A DNA stretch of 63,850 nucleotides, the filler included, from Octopus bimaculoides (lineage: Eukaryota): the NCBI RefSeq assembly GCF_001194135.2. It is 8 parts of 7 records of this genome, joined end to end, with 100 filler letters (N's around TTAATTAATTAA, not from the genome) between each part and the next. Parts side by side here need not be neighbours in the genome. Positions count along the whole stretch, not along the records: positions 33,639 to 41,316 come from NC_068997.1; positions 41,417 to 48,882 come from NC_069008.1; positions 48,983 to 51,021 come from NC_068987.1; 5 more parts are not named here. One strand, 5' to 3'. Made by a program: the position numbers and the translations under genes. The notes beneath the pieces were generated by a model. The model worked only from the letters and a program-made list of their open reading frames with translations. It searched no databases and had not been told where the DNA came from. Of this stretch, positions 40,230 through 51,121 are shown one piece after another; the stretch's first letter is position 1, and every line of letters begins with the position of its first letter.

Positions 40230-40431
40230 TGGTTATCGCCAATAGAATTTGTATCACAAGCCATATCTCAGAAACTTAATATTTTCCCTCCACAATTATG
40301 GGAGCTCTACCACCTGAACTCCAGATGGGAAGACCTTCACAATTCGGTCACCTTGAATCCCTATTCACAACCCATGAGATTCTTACCTGTGAGAATCAAA
40401 TGCAAAGATGGTGTATTGGTTCTTTTACCAG
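40230..40431 (+). CDS. NUDT19: NUDT19-like, coding exon 2
   Basis: Pyrimidine tract + CAG acceptor ending 40229. Reads WLSPIEFVSQAISQKLNIFPPQLWELYHL...FLPVRIKCKDGVLVLLPG, matching the NUDT19 WxSP...PPQxxE...LLPGD pattern. Phase-1 GTAATT donor at 40432. Confidence 0.85.
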
Positions 40432-40440
40432 GTAATTTCT

Positions 40441-40600
40441 CTCTTTTTTTTCCCTTCCGTCTTCCTTTACTCTTGCACTTTCCTCTGTCTCCTGTTTCCG
40501 AAGAAGAGCTTTGCCCGAAACGTAAAACTACCTTTCTTTCCTTCTCTGAGAGTCTTATTAATACTTTGCATGTACCATGCCCTCATATTGTTGTTTTTTC
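40441..40600 (+). mobile_element. Penelope-like-derived short repeat, subfamily B, in NUDT19 intron 2 (sense), with mutated hammerhead motif
   Basis: 40494-40528 reads GTTT-CCGAAGA-A-GAGC-TTT-GCCC-GAAA-CGTA-AAAC. Confidence 0.6.
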
Positions 40601-40870
40601 TTTAGGCAACTTTAATAAGATGATTATCCTGTTTTCACTATCATGCCCTAGGATTGAACCTGTATACCCCAGATTGCAATGATCTCTTTGCAGTACCACT
40701 GCACAACATCAAATTAATTGCAATATTTCACTGCAACAATTTCTTGTTTTAAAATAACACTTTTTTTAAAACTGGTGTCACTAATTAAAAAACAAAAAAA
40801 AAAAGGTGAAGTCCATTTAAACTTAAGTTGTGTTTGAACTCAGGTCTTCAGTTACAATTTATTCTTGCAG

Positions 40871-41058
40871 GTGACTACCTCTACCCTGAAAAGCCAAACG
40901 AGGAAAAGTGTGAAGAATTGTTTTTACCTTTCACCAAGAATGAGATGCGTTCATCTGGTAAATTTCTGAATCATCTTGATCCGCAAGAGAGAAAGATTTA
41001 TCGAACCGTTCCGCTATCCCTAGTAGGGCACACAGAGTGCCTCACAAGTCGTTTATAG
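40871..41058 (+). CDS. NUDT19: NUDT19-like, terminal coding exon with C-terminal PTS1 (SRL)
   Basis: TTCTTGCAG acceptor ending 40870; phase 1 completes G-DYLYP. Ends ...CLTSRL* at 41058. Spliced CDS 852+202+188 = 1242 nt = 413 aa + stop. Confidence 0.85.
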
Positions 41059-41316
41059 AATTTAAAGAATGGTAAATATAATGGTGTGAATTTAAATTGT
41101 CCTTACAAGGGATTGGGGATAGGGTTTTGTTTTTACAGAATTTTCAGGGCAATTTTTGTTTTTTAATTTAAAATAGAGATTTGTGCAACCTCATAAAATG
41201 TATCTCTTCAACAGAGAAAAGAAATGAAAATCTTTTACACTGACAGTTTGACATTTTTTTGTGAAATGGATAGAATTATTTTTGTTAATAGATTTGATAA
41301 AATGAATTTATTTTTT

Positions 41317-41416
41317 NNNNNNNNNNNNNNNNNNNNNNNNNNNNNNNNNNNNNNNNNNNNTTAATTAATTAANNNNNNNNNNNNNNNNNNNNNNNNNNNN
41401 NNNNNNNNNNNNNNNN
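41317..41416. other. Synthetic scaffold-join spacer (separates the NUDT19 piece from the ZNF piece)
   Basis: 44 N + TTAATTAATTAA (41361-41372) + 44 N. Confidence 0.95.
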
Positions 41417-42207
41417 ACAGGCTTCTTTCAGTTTCCATCTACCAAATCCACTCACAAGGCTTTGGTCGGCCCGAGGCTATAGTAGAAGATACTTGCCCAA
41501 GGTGCCACGCAGCGGAACTGAACCCGGGACCATGTGGTTGGTAAGCAAGCTACTTACCACACAGCCACTCCTGCGCCTATGTTGGCTAAATTTGACCAGT
41601 ATCAGGGTCTTCATGGCTAAAGTAGTTGATGTTAGGAAGGGCATCCAGCCATAAAAACCCTGCCAAAATAGACACAGTAGCCTGGGGTAGTCTTCTACCT
41701 GACCTGCTTCTGTCAGCTGCCCTACTCATGCATGCATGAAAGACAGATGATGACGATCTCTCAAAGAACAAAATTTACATGTACAATAATATCTGCTAGG
41801 TAAAATCTGGATGTGGCTCTCAACATGTTTTGAATTAATCATGCGTTATCTTGTAGCCTTGGGATTTCGATGAGGAAACTTAATTTTTAAAAAGATATTG
41901 TAAGGTTGGTGTGAGCGGCCACACATGGCTTGTCTGAACATAAAACAGGTAGAATATTTCGGTTGGATAAGGGCTGATTTAAATGCTAAAGAGTTAATAT
42001 ATATATATGTTACACAATGTAAAGTTTATAAATATGTAGGCTTCACACATGATTCTATGATGTAAATTTTAATATATTTAAAAGTTCAATTGTTCAGGTT
42101 TATTTCTATGGAAATGGAAATTTTCCACAACTGAATCCGGATTTTTTTTAAGCAGCCTCTCTGTCTTACACTGTTGTTTCTTTATTATTTCAGAATATCA
42201 GATGACA

Positions 42208-42648
42208 TTGCCAGTACCGCCTGACCGGCCTTCATAGGATTTTCGAGCGGGATCGTTGCCAGTGCCCCTGGACTGGCTCTTGTGTGGCTGGCACATGAAA
42301 TACACCAGTTTGAGCATGGCCGTTGCCAGTACCGCCTGACTGGCCTTCATAGGATTTTCGAGCGAGACCGTTGCCAGTGCCCCTGGACGGGCTCTTGTGT
42401 GGGTGGCACATAAAATACACCATTTTGAGCGTGGCTGTTGCCAGTGCCGCCTGACTGGCCTTCGTGTGGGTGACATGTAAAAGCACCCACTACACTCTCT
42501 GAGTGGTTGGCGTTAGGAAGGGCATCCAGCTGTAGAAACTCTGCCAAATCAGATTGGAGCCTGGTGTTGCCATCCGGTTTCACCAGTCCTCAGTCAAATC
42601 GTCCAACCCATGCTAGCATGGAAAGCAGACGTTAAACGATGGTGATGA
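42208..42648 (+). mobile_element. RTE-type 3' end element with an internal 115-bp tandem repeat and (GAT)n tail
   Basis: Units start at 42208, 42323 and 42438 (partial), then GTTGGCGTTAGGAAGGGCATCCAGC...CATGCTAGCATGGAAAG..GACGTTAAACGATG. Confidence 0.7.
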
Positions 42649-43008
42649 TTGGCATAACAGAAGATATATCCTCAATATTTATCATCTTTTAAAAACTAAA
42701 TGAAAATGTTTTCCAGAACAGATATATAACAGTGTTTCTATAAGTCTACGGTAAATTGCTCTGAAATATTTTCTCTGACCTCAGATTATTAGCAAAATTT
42801 CTATACATTACAATCTGGAGTGTCAACACAAATGATTTTGTTTGCTAGTTAAACTAAGACAAATTCACAAAAAGTAACACTGAACAGAAATACAGCTGTG
42901 GAAATATTTCTTAGGATTAAACTATAAAAACAAAAGAACAAGAAGATATGTATATATTGTGACGACAGAAGTAAAATAACGGAATAAAGTGTGAAACCTC
43001 CTGAAGAC

Positions 43009-43788
43009 ATGTCTGAAGAAATAAGAAAATTGTCATATGACTGTGATATCTGTAAAAAGTCATTCTCTCAAGAAGGTAACCTAAAAACTCACAAATGTAT
43101 TCATAAAGGAAAGAAGCCATATCATTGTGTAGTTTGTGATAAATCATTCTCTCGAATTGATTCATTAACTTCTCACAAACGTATTCATACAGGAGACAAG
43201 CCATATCAGTGTGATATCTGTGATAAATCATTTACTCGAATTGATTACTTAACTTCTCACAGACGTATTCATACAGGAGAGAACCCATATCACTGTGAAT
43301 TCTGTGGTAAATCTTTCTCTGCAAATAGTAACTTGACAGCACACAAACGTACTCATACGGGTGAGAAGCCATATCTCTGTGATATCTGTGGTAAATCATT
43401 CTCTGTGCGTAGTGTCCTAACATCTCACAAACGTATTCACACAGGAGAGAAACCATATCACTGTGATATCTGTAGGAAATCATTTTCTGATAGTAGTTAC
43501 TTAAGAATACACAAACGTATTCATACAGGAGAGAAGCCATATCACTGTGGTATCTGTGGTAAATCATTCTCTGTAAGTAGTAAATTAACTAAACATACAC
43601 GTATTCATACAGGCGAGAAACCATATCATTGTGATATCTGTAGTAAATCATTTTCAGTTAGTAGTAAGTTAACTAGACACAAACATATTCACACAGGAGA
43701 GAAGCCATATCAGTGTGATGTTTGTGGTAAATCATTCACTGAAAGTAGTAACTTAAGTAGACATGTATGTATCCATATAGAAGTGTAA
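43009..43788 (+). CDS. C2H2 zinc-finger protein, 9 tandem fingers, no KRAB/SCAN/BTB domain in this exon (259 aa from first ATG)
   Basis: Nine C-x2-C-x12-H-x3-H units joined by TGEKP-type linkers, intact frame, TAA at 43786-43788. An in-frame TAA at 42985 precedes the ORF, so ATG 43009 (MSEEIRK) is the first start unless an upstream exon splices in. Confidence 0.92.
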   Translation: MSEEIRKLSYDCDICKKSFSQEGNLKTHKCIHKGKKPYHCVVCDKSFSRIDSLTSHKRIHTGDKPYQCDICDKSFTRIDYLTSHRRIHTGENPYHCEFCGKSFSANSNLTAHKRTHTGEKPYLCDICGKSFSVRSVLTSHKRIHTGEKPYHCDICRKSFSDSSYLRIHKRIHTGEKPYHCGICGKSFSVSSKLTKHTRIHTGEKPYHCDICSKSFSVSSKLTRHKHIHTGEKPYQCDVCGKSFTESSNLSRHVCIHIEV

Positions 43789-44154
43789 CTGTAGCAATAT
43801 GCTGTAACAGTATTGCTAAGTGTAACTAGCAATATGAACTGTCTCAACAACAAACGTTTTAAGATACTGCCAAAGTGTGTGGTGGGCTATAGACTTACTG
43901 GCATTACCTATAGCAAAAATGAAGCTCTTCTTCATTGCTCCTCTTTTGAGGCAGTCTTTTTATAAGCTTTTTAACATTTCTTGAGGTCAACCCCATTAAT
44001 TACCTTTTGATGCACACATGTAGTCTGTCAAAAATACTTCTATGACAAAAAAAATTTCTGATTCTGTAAATATGCTAAAAAGGAGATAAAACAGCCTCCA
44101 AACACGATATTTTTCATCTCCACCATGGAGCTGACTCACCTCTGTAGTAGTTTT

Positions 44155-44160
44155 AATAAA
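44155..44160 (+). terminator. Candidate polyadenylation signal for the ZNF gene
   Basis: AATAAA about 370 nt after the stop codon; motif only. Confidence 0.25.
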
Positions 44161-44359
44161 AGTAATTTCTTCCTGATTTTGAATTTGTTTGCTATGTTGA
44201 AAGCAATATTGTTATATTCAGAAAAGTCATAATTAATGAAGCCTATAAACACCCCCACCCACCCCCGCTCAGTTGTTTATCTATTTCTCACTTTTTATTT
44301 CCAAAGCAACTAGTTTTAATTTGTGTTCCCAGAAAAATTTTTTGATACACCAATCTGAA

Positions 44360-44886
44360 GCAAGTGTGATGTATATGAATGAGAATAGATGTAAAATGAC
44401 TGGTGATATGAAGTTCTCAAAAAAGATTAGCCCTTGTTTGTGAAACAGATTCTGGAAAACAATCTGTAAATATAGTGACAATTTTGCCCATTGCTCAATT
44501 TTCCCACCAAGACATCTCAACTACCCATCATCTGTTCTGCAGCATTCTGTTGCTGTAATCAGATAAGAGCAGGGCTGCATACTTCATTGGCTATTCCTTG
44601 ATATCACTAATCTTTTTCACAACCTACAACCATTTCAGTTGATATCTAATCTTCGTTCTCCATCTATCTACATTCTACATTGACCAGCCTCCTGAACCAC
44701 CTTGGGCAAGTGTCTTCTACTCTAGTCTCAGACCGATCAAAGCCTTGTGAGAGGATTTGGTAGATGGAAATTGAAAGAAGCCCTTTATATGTGTGTGTGT
44801 GTCTTTGTGTCAGGGTTTGTACTCTACCACTGTTTGACAACCTGTGTTGGTGTGTTTACGTTCCTGTAACATAGTGGTTCGGTAAA
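44360..44886 (+). repeat. 527-bp direct repeat, copy 1
   Basis: Matches 47610-48136 (offset 3250) with only about 3 substitutions seen; ends inside a SINE1 body. Confidence 0.9.
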
Positions 44887-45933
44887 TTATTTCCTCTTCT
44901 ACACCATCTTGTATCTCACTTTCCCATGCACTATGCATGCCTCTTTCCCCCATAACACAACATATCCAACTGCACGCTATCTCTCTCTCTCCCAGTGGTG
45001 TTGTGAAAAATATTTCCGAGGAACATAAACATCAACTGCTTTAAAAAAAAAAGAAAGTAAAATATAAACCAACAGTGAGTGTGCTTATTGGATTAATTAA
45101 TTTTTTTTTTAATATTCATTATACTCTATATAGCATATTTTCAGCAAGGAGAGAAGATTGGTTTATTTTGACATTGGAGGTAAATAGTTGAGGAATATAT
45201 TCCCAGAGATCACTGTATGGTTATTGTGTTAGCAGAGCAGAGGCATGAAATGTTCAGAATTATAGGACACTGTGTGAGAGAGAATGGAGACACCCTTGGC
45301 AAGAAGTGTATCTGAAACGATAAAGGCACATTCGCCATTGATATAGAAATTACATAATGAGAAGCTGCTGATTATGAAGGATGCATGAAATAAAGAAGGC
45401 TTACCTCATGGTGAACTTAGAGAGGGATCAGCTATTCAAGCGCTGGCATGGATTGAACAGTTTGACAAGTGTTGGCCAGCAGGAGAGCTGCCTAGGCTCC
45501 ATTTGTCTGTTGTAGCATGGTTTCTATGGCTGGATGCCCTTCCACTTTACAGAGTGTACTGGGCGACTTGTATGTGTGCCATTACATGGCACAGGCGCCT
45601 TTATGTGGAACCAGCACCCATGAGCTTGCAAGACCAGGATCTCTCAGCCAAGAGAGGGATGTAGAGGACATGCCTTTATGCATAGACATCCACAATTTTA
45701 CTTAGCTTGACTTGTCTTCTCAAACACAAATTATAAAAGAATTTAATCCTACATTAATAGGGTATGTGTGTGTAGAATGTGCACAGGCAGGGCTTCTAAA
45801 ACATGAGATTTTAGGTTCAGTACCGTTGTATGGCAGCTTTGGGAAGTGTCTTCTGATAAAATATCCCTAGGCTGACCAAAACCTTGAGAGTGGATTTTAT
45901 TAGTTACAGCGATGCTCTTCTATAGTTAATTAT

Positions 45934-46305
45934 TGTTGTTGTTGGCACTCCATCGCTTACAACGTCAAGGGTTCCAGTTGATCCGATCAATGGAACAGCC
46001 TGCTCGAGAAATTTACGTGCAAGTAGCTGAGCACTCCACAGATACGTGTACGCTTAACGTAGTTCTCGGGGATATTCAGCGTGACACAGTGTGACAAGGC
46101 TGACCCTTTGAAATACAGGAACAACAGAAACAGGAAGTAAGAGTGAGAGAAAGTTGTGGTAGAAGAGTACAACAGGGTTCATCACCATCCCCTACCAGAG
46201 CCCTGTGGAGTTTTAGGTGTTTTCGCTCAATAAACACTCACAACACCTGGTCTGGGAATCGAAACCGCGAGTCCGCTGCCCTAACCACTGGGCCATTGCG
46301 CCTCC
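45934..46305 (-). mobile_element. SINE family 3, full length, with (CAA)n tail and candidate 10-bp TSD
   Basis: Head GGAGGCGCAATGGCCCAGTGGTTAGG...GGTTTCGATTCCC on the minus strand; AGTTAATTAT at 45924-45933 and 46308-46317. Confidence 0.85.
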
Positions 46306-46664
46306 AAAGTTAATTATAGTGATGCTCAAAATATCTAGGGATATAGGATGCATGATCACCTCTTGGATAGTTAATCAAGTTATACAGGAAAGTGTCATAC
46401 TCACTGACTGGTTTAGTAGTATTATAAACTTCAAGGTGGTAAGCTGACAGAATCATTAGCATGCCAGGTAAAAATGCTTAGTGATATTTCCTCCATCTTT
46501 GCATCCTAAGTTTAAATGCTACCAAGATCAACTTTATCTTTCACATCCTTTTTGGGTGAATAAAATAAGTATCAGTTGAATACTGGGGTCGATGTAATTG
46601 ACTTAACTCCTCCCCTGAAATTTCAGGCTTTATGCCAATAGAAGAAAGGATTTTTGTAAACCCC

Positions 46665-47550
46665 TACAAAGGGAAAGGAAATGCCTTGGAAGTGAGAAAT
46701 TATAGAGCAGTCAAACTACTGGATGCGGTTGTAAAGGTCATGGAAAGAATTAGCACAGACGATTCGTGACAGTAAATCTGGATGAGATATACTTTGGCTT
46801 GGTACCTTCAATTGCTATCTTACTAGTAAGGCATCTGCAGGAGAATTACATGGTTAAGAATAGAGCACTATCCCTGGCTTTTGTTAACTTGAAGGCATTT
46901 GACAAGGTACCATGCTTAGTAATTTGGTGATCACTAACAAAACTAGATTCAGACAAATGGCTTACAAAAACTGTACAAGCTATGTACAAAGTTGCTGTTA
47001 AGAGTCAACAGTGATTTCTGTGATGAAGGGAGTCCATCAAGGTTCACAGTCTTCTATTCAACATATGCCTGCAAACCATGACAGGCATTTAAGACTAGCT
47101 GTACATGTGAACTCGTATATGCTGATGATCAAATGCTCAGAGTTGAATCTGTAGGGAATTAGGAAATTCCAGGTATGGATGCTAAACTTGAAATTGAAAC
47201 GTCTTAAGATAAACCTCATAAAGACTAAAGTTTTAGTTTTAAAGGAAAGAAGACAGGAACTTAGTATCATAAGGAAAATGCCCTTACTTGATATACAGAA
47301 AATGAGTGTAAACTATGGACACATAATGAGTATAATGGAATCACAGGCAGACTGAGACAATAAGTTTCATATATGACAGAGGCATGGAGTAGTATGTACA
47401 ACGAGCACACTGGAAATAGATTCTCTTAAATGTCCAGATGGCTCACTAGAGGTGGTTGAAAGCCTTTGTTACCTATGAGATGTAATTTGCAGAGGAGGTT
47501 GTTGCTATGAAAGTACAGTAGTCAGAGTATGAACAGCCTGGAAAGGGTTG
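46665..47550 (+). pseudogene. Degenerate RTE-clade non-LTR retrotransposon reverse transcriptase
   Basis: Motifs in order, broken by stops and frameshifts: YKGKGNALEVRNYRAVKLL (46665), LQENY...AFVNLKAFDKVP, GVHQGS, YADD (47118-47129), LKINLIKTKV, LEVVESLCYL. Confidence 0.85.
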
Positions 47551-47609
47551 GAGTTAAGAGGAGTCAGATGTAATGAGAAAGGATAGAAGGAAAAAGACTC
47601 AGCTTGGAG

Positions 47610-48136
47610 GCAAGTGTAATGTATATGAATGAGAATAGATGTAAAATGACTGGTGATATGAAGTTCTCAAAAAAGATTAGCCCTTGTTAGTGAAACAGAT
47701 TCTGGAAAACAATCTGTAAATATAGTGACAATTTTGCCCATTGCTCAATTTTCCCACCAAGACATCTCAACTACCCATCATCTGTTCTGCAGCATTCTGT
47801 TGCTGTAATCAGATAAGAGCAGGGCTGCATACTTCATTGGCTATTCCTTGATATCACTAATCTTTTTCACAACCTACAACCATTTCAGTTGATATCTATC
47901 CTTCGTTCTCCATCTATCTACATTCTACATTGACCAGCCTCCTGAACCACCTTGGGCAAGTGTCTTCTACTCTAGTCTCAGACCGATCAAAGCCTTGTGA
48001 GAGGATTTGGTAGATGGAAATTGAAAGAAGCCCTTTATATGTGTGTGTGTGTCTTTGTGTCAGGGTTTGTACTCTACCACTGTTTGACAACCTGTGTTGG
48101 TGTGTTTACGTTCCTGTAACATAGTGGTTCGGTAAA
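47610..48136 (+). repeat. 527-bp direct repeat, copy 2
   Basis: Matches 44360-44886; here the SINE1 continues to its 3' end (about 48270). Confidence 0.9.
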
Positions 48137-48318
48137 AGAGACCGAGTGAATAAGTGCCAGGCTTAAAGAAAAAAAAAAGTAAACATACGGGGGTTAATTC
48201 ATTCGGGTAAAAATTCTTCAAGGCGGTGCCCCAGCATGATCGCAGTCTGGTGACCGAAACAAGTAAAAGATGCGATACACACACCCACATACAGGCATGC
48301 ATACATTTATACATACAC

Positions 48319-48705
48319 GCACGAGTGGCTGTGTGGTAAGTAGCTTGCTTACCAACCACATGGTTCCGGGTTCAGTCCCACTGCGTGGCACCTTGGGCAA
48401 GTGTCTTCTACTATAGCCTTGGGCCGACCAAAGCCTCGTGAGTCGATTTGGTAGACGGAAACGGTAAGAAGCCCGTCGTATATATGTATATACATATATA
48501 TGTTTGTGTGTCTGTGTTTGTCTTCCCCAGCATCGCTTCACAACCGATGCTGGTGTGTTTACGTCCCCGTCACCTAGCGGTTTAGCAAAAGTGACCGATA
48601 GAATAAGTACTAGGCTTACAAAGAATATGTCCTGGGGTCGATTTGCTCGACTAAAGGCGGTGCCCCAGCATGGCCGCAGTCAAATGACTGAAACAAGTAA
48701 AAGAG
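48319..48705 (+). mobile_element. SINE family 1, full length
   Basis: High similarity to 9064-9455. Confidence 0.85.
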
Positions 48706-48882
48706 CACGCAACAACCAACTAACGATTGCAACCTGCTGAACGAGAAAGGGACTTAAGGAGAGTTAGCTGCCGCAAATATGCCATATACAAGATACACAT
48801 GCGCACTAAACGTAGTTCCGTTTCCATCTAAAAGTCGTCATTCATATCTTGTTCATGAATTTGTAATAATCAACTACCACAT

Positions 48883-48982
48883 NNNNNNNNNNNNNNNNNN
48901 NNNNNNNNNNNNNNNNNNNNNNNNNNTTAATTAATTAANNNNNNNNNNNNNNNNNNNNNNNNNNNNNNNNNNNNNNNNNNNN
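48883..48982. other. Synthetic scaffold-join spacer
   Basis: 44 N + TTAATTAATTAA (48927-48938) + 44 N. Confidence 0.95.
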
Positions 48983-50853
48983 AGGTACAAAGAAGTAGGA
49001 GTCGGAGCAGGAGGTGGGGGAGGGGAGAGATGGGTGGTAGGAGGGAGGGTGGGGGAGAGAGACAGGAGGAGGGGGTTAGATGAAGAGTGGAGGGGAGTTG
49101 AGCCCACGATGGGCTTCTTTCAGTTTCTGTCTAACAAATCCACTCACAAAGCTTTGATCGACCCGTGGCTATAGTAGCAGACACTTGCCCAAGGTGTCAT
49201 ATTGTTGGGAAGCAACATATGTCTATATCAGTGTACCAGTCACATAGTGAAATATAAACAAACAATAACTGGTGAGTGTATTTATAGGTTTTATCAGTGA
49301 CGACTGTTCCCAAACATAAAATATTCTTGCGGAGCAAATTGAAAATCGAATGATCGCAGGCTTCATTTTCAATACATCTTAGAATTTACCGATTCATTAA
49401 ATCGACTTTTAATTAAAAACTGAATAACATGATGTGAGTGTTTGAGTGCGCGCGCGCGCGTGTAAAACATAACAAGAACAAGAATATAGTACATATTCAG
49501 CATATATATTGTGTATATTGCATATCGTTACCAGCTGAGAGCAAAATAAACTTTACACGTTGTTTCATTCCACAATAACTGAAGTTTGGTGCCATCATTT
49601 TTTACTCTCCCCTATTTTTATTTATTTATTTTATCTTTCTATTTATTTATTTACTTATTTATTTTGCAGCATGTGTTATATATAGGTCGTAATTAAAGCA
49701 AGAAATTCATTCTAATTCCTTTGCCTAAGACCGGAGTAAATTTGTGTACTCTGTATTCCATTTTATTCTCTGTTCTGAGTTTTTTCTTTACTTCTATTTC
49801 TTCATTAAGTTACCAATAAAAAAAATGTAAATAATGTAAATAATGTAAATAATTCCTCATCTCTTAAAGAAATAAAATCTTGAAGGCGGCGCTTCGACTG
49901 AGTTTCATACCAATAACTTATCAAAATGACTTCGTTTGAACGACTTCGTTTCTTGGTTTTTCCTCTTTAGTAACTCTTCGTTGAAGGGCTTAAGTGTTAA
50001 ATTAATCATAAACACTGTGCCACATATCGTTGGTCTTATATTTTGTTATTGTTATGTACTCATTAAAATTTTTATGTCAATATATTTCTAAATCAACTGT
50101 TGCAATGAAGCTAGCAGTACCGTTGTACTTGTGCTAAAACTGCGGAGTTTAAAGTCAACAGCTGACGACGGGTGAAATATAATATATGTGTCTTGTTTCT
50201 ATTTTCCATGTAGTATTCGTCTGATCTTCTCAATGTTTAATTACTTCTTTTTCATTTTGATAGCAACGCAGAATTCTTAGGTGAGTTGCATAACTGTCTT
50301 ATACACACTTATACACACTTGTATACATACTTACATAGAAACATAAGGCTACACACGTAACTAGATAGATATCTTTTCAACCAGTTAGTATGTGTGTACC
50401 TATCTATCTCTCTATATATGCATGTGTATACATGCATACATACATACACGGATGCGTAAACAGGTATATGTATATACACACATACGCATACATGTATCCA
50501 GGTACGTCATGAATTGATAACGAAAAGAAGACAGATTGGTGCAATTGAAAGATAGTTATAGATTAATGCACACACGCACAAACACGCACACACACGCATA
50601 AACACAGACGCACAATACACAACACATGAACAACACACACACACATCGCTCTAATAGAGAGAGAGGAAGTAAGTCTAATACTTTTAAATGACAGCAACTT
50701 CTCGGCATGTCTTTATCTCTGTGTCTCTAATCCTCTAGCTATTTGTCTTTATCTAATCCTCTAGGTATTTTGTCTTATATCTCTTTATAGCTAACGATCT
50801 CTGTTTTTCCCAGGTAGCTGCTCTTTTCTGTATATCTTTCCGGCATTAATTCT

Positions 50854-50894
<41 letters not shown>

Positions 50895-51021
50895 CCCTCT
50901 TTCTCGCACCTTCTCTCTCTCTTTCACTCTCACGTCCTCTCTCTCCCTCTCCCTCTCCCTCTCCTTCCCTCTGCTTCTGCTCACTCTGTCTTCAATCCTC
51001 CCTTCGGGTCTTATACTTCCC

Positions 51022-51121
51022 NNNNNNNNNNNNNNNNNNNNNNNNNNNNNNNNNNNNNNNNNNNNTTAATTAATTAANNNNNNNNNNNNNNNNNNNNNNN
51101 NNNNNNNNNNNNNNNNNNNNN
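51022..51121. other. Synthetic scaffold-join spacer
   Basis: 44 N + TTAATTAATTAA (51066-51077) + 44 N. Confidence 0.95.

Noticed and set aside
41058-43009. NUDT19-ZNF gene neighbourhood as a functional cluster
   Set aside because: A synthetic scaffold join (41317-41416) lies between them, so adjacency is not demonstrated.
42917-43567. Minus-strand ORFs with repeated [10 protein letters not shown] motifs
   Set aside because: Antisense shadows of the zinc-finger array.
44360-48136. Possible LTR retrotransposon (direct repeats around an RT)
   Set aside because: No TG...CA ends, PBS, PPT or TSD. The RT is non-LTR RTE type and far more decayed than the repeats.
48990-49100. G-rich tract with G-quadruplex potential
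   Set aside because: Low-complexity purine run at a contig edge, common in this sequence, with no functional context.
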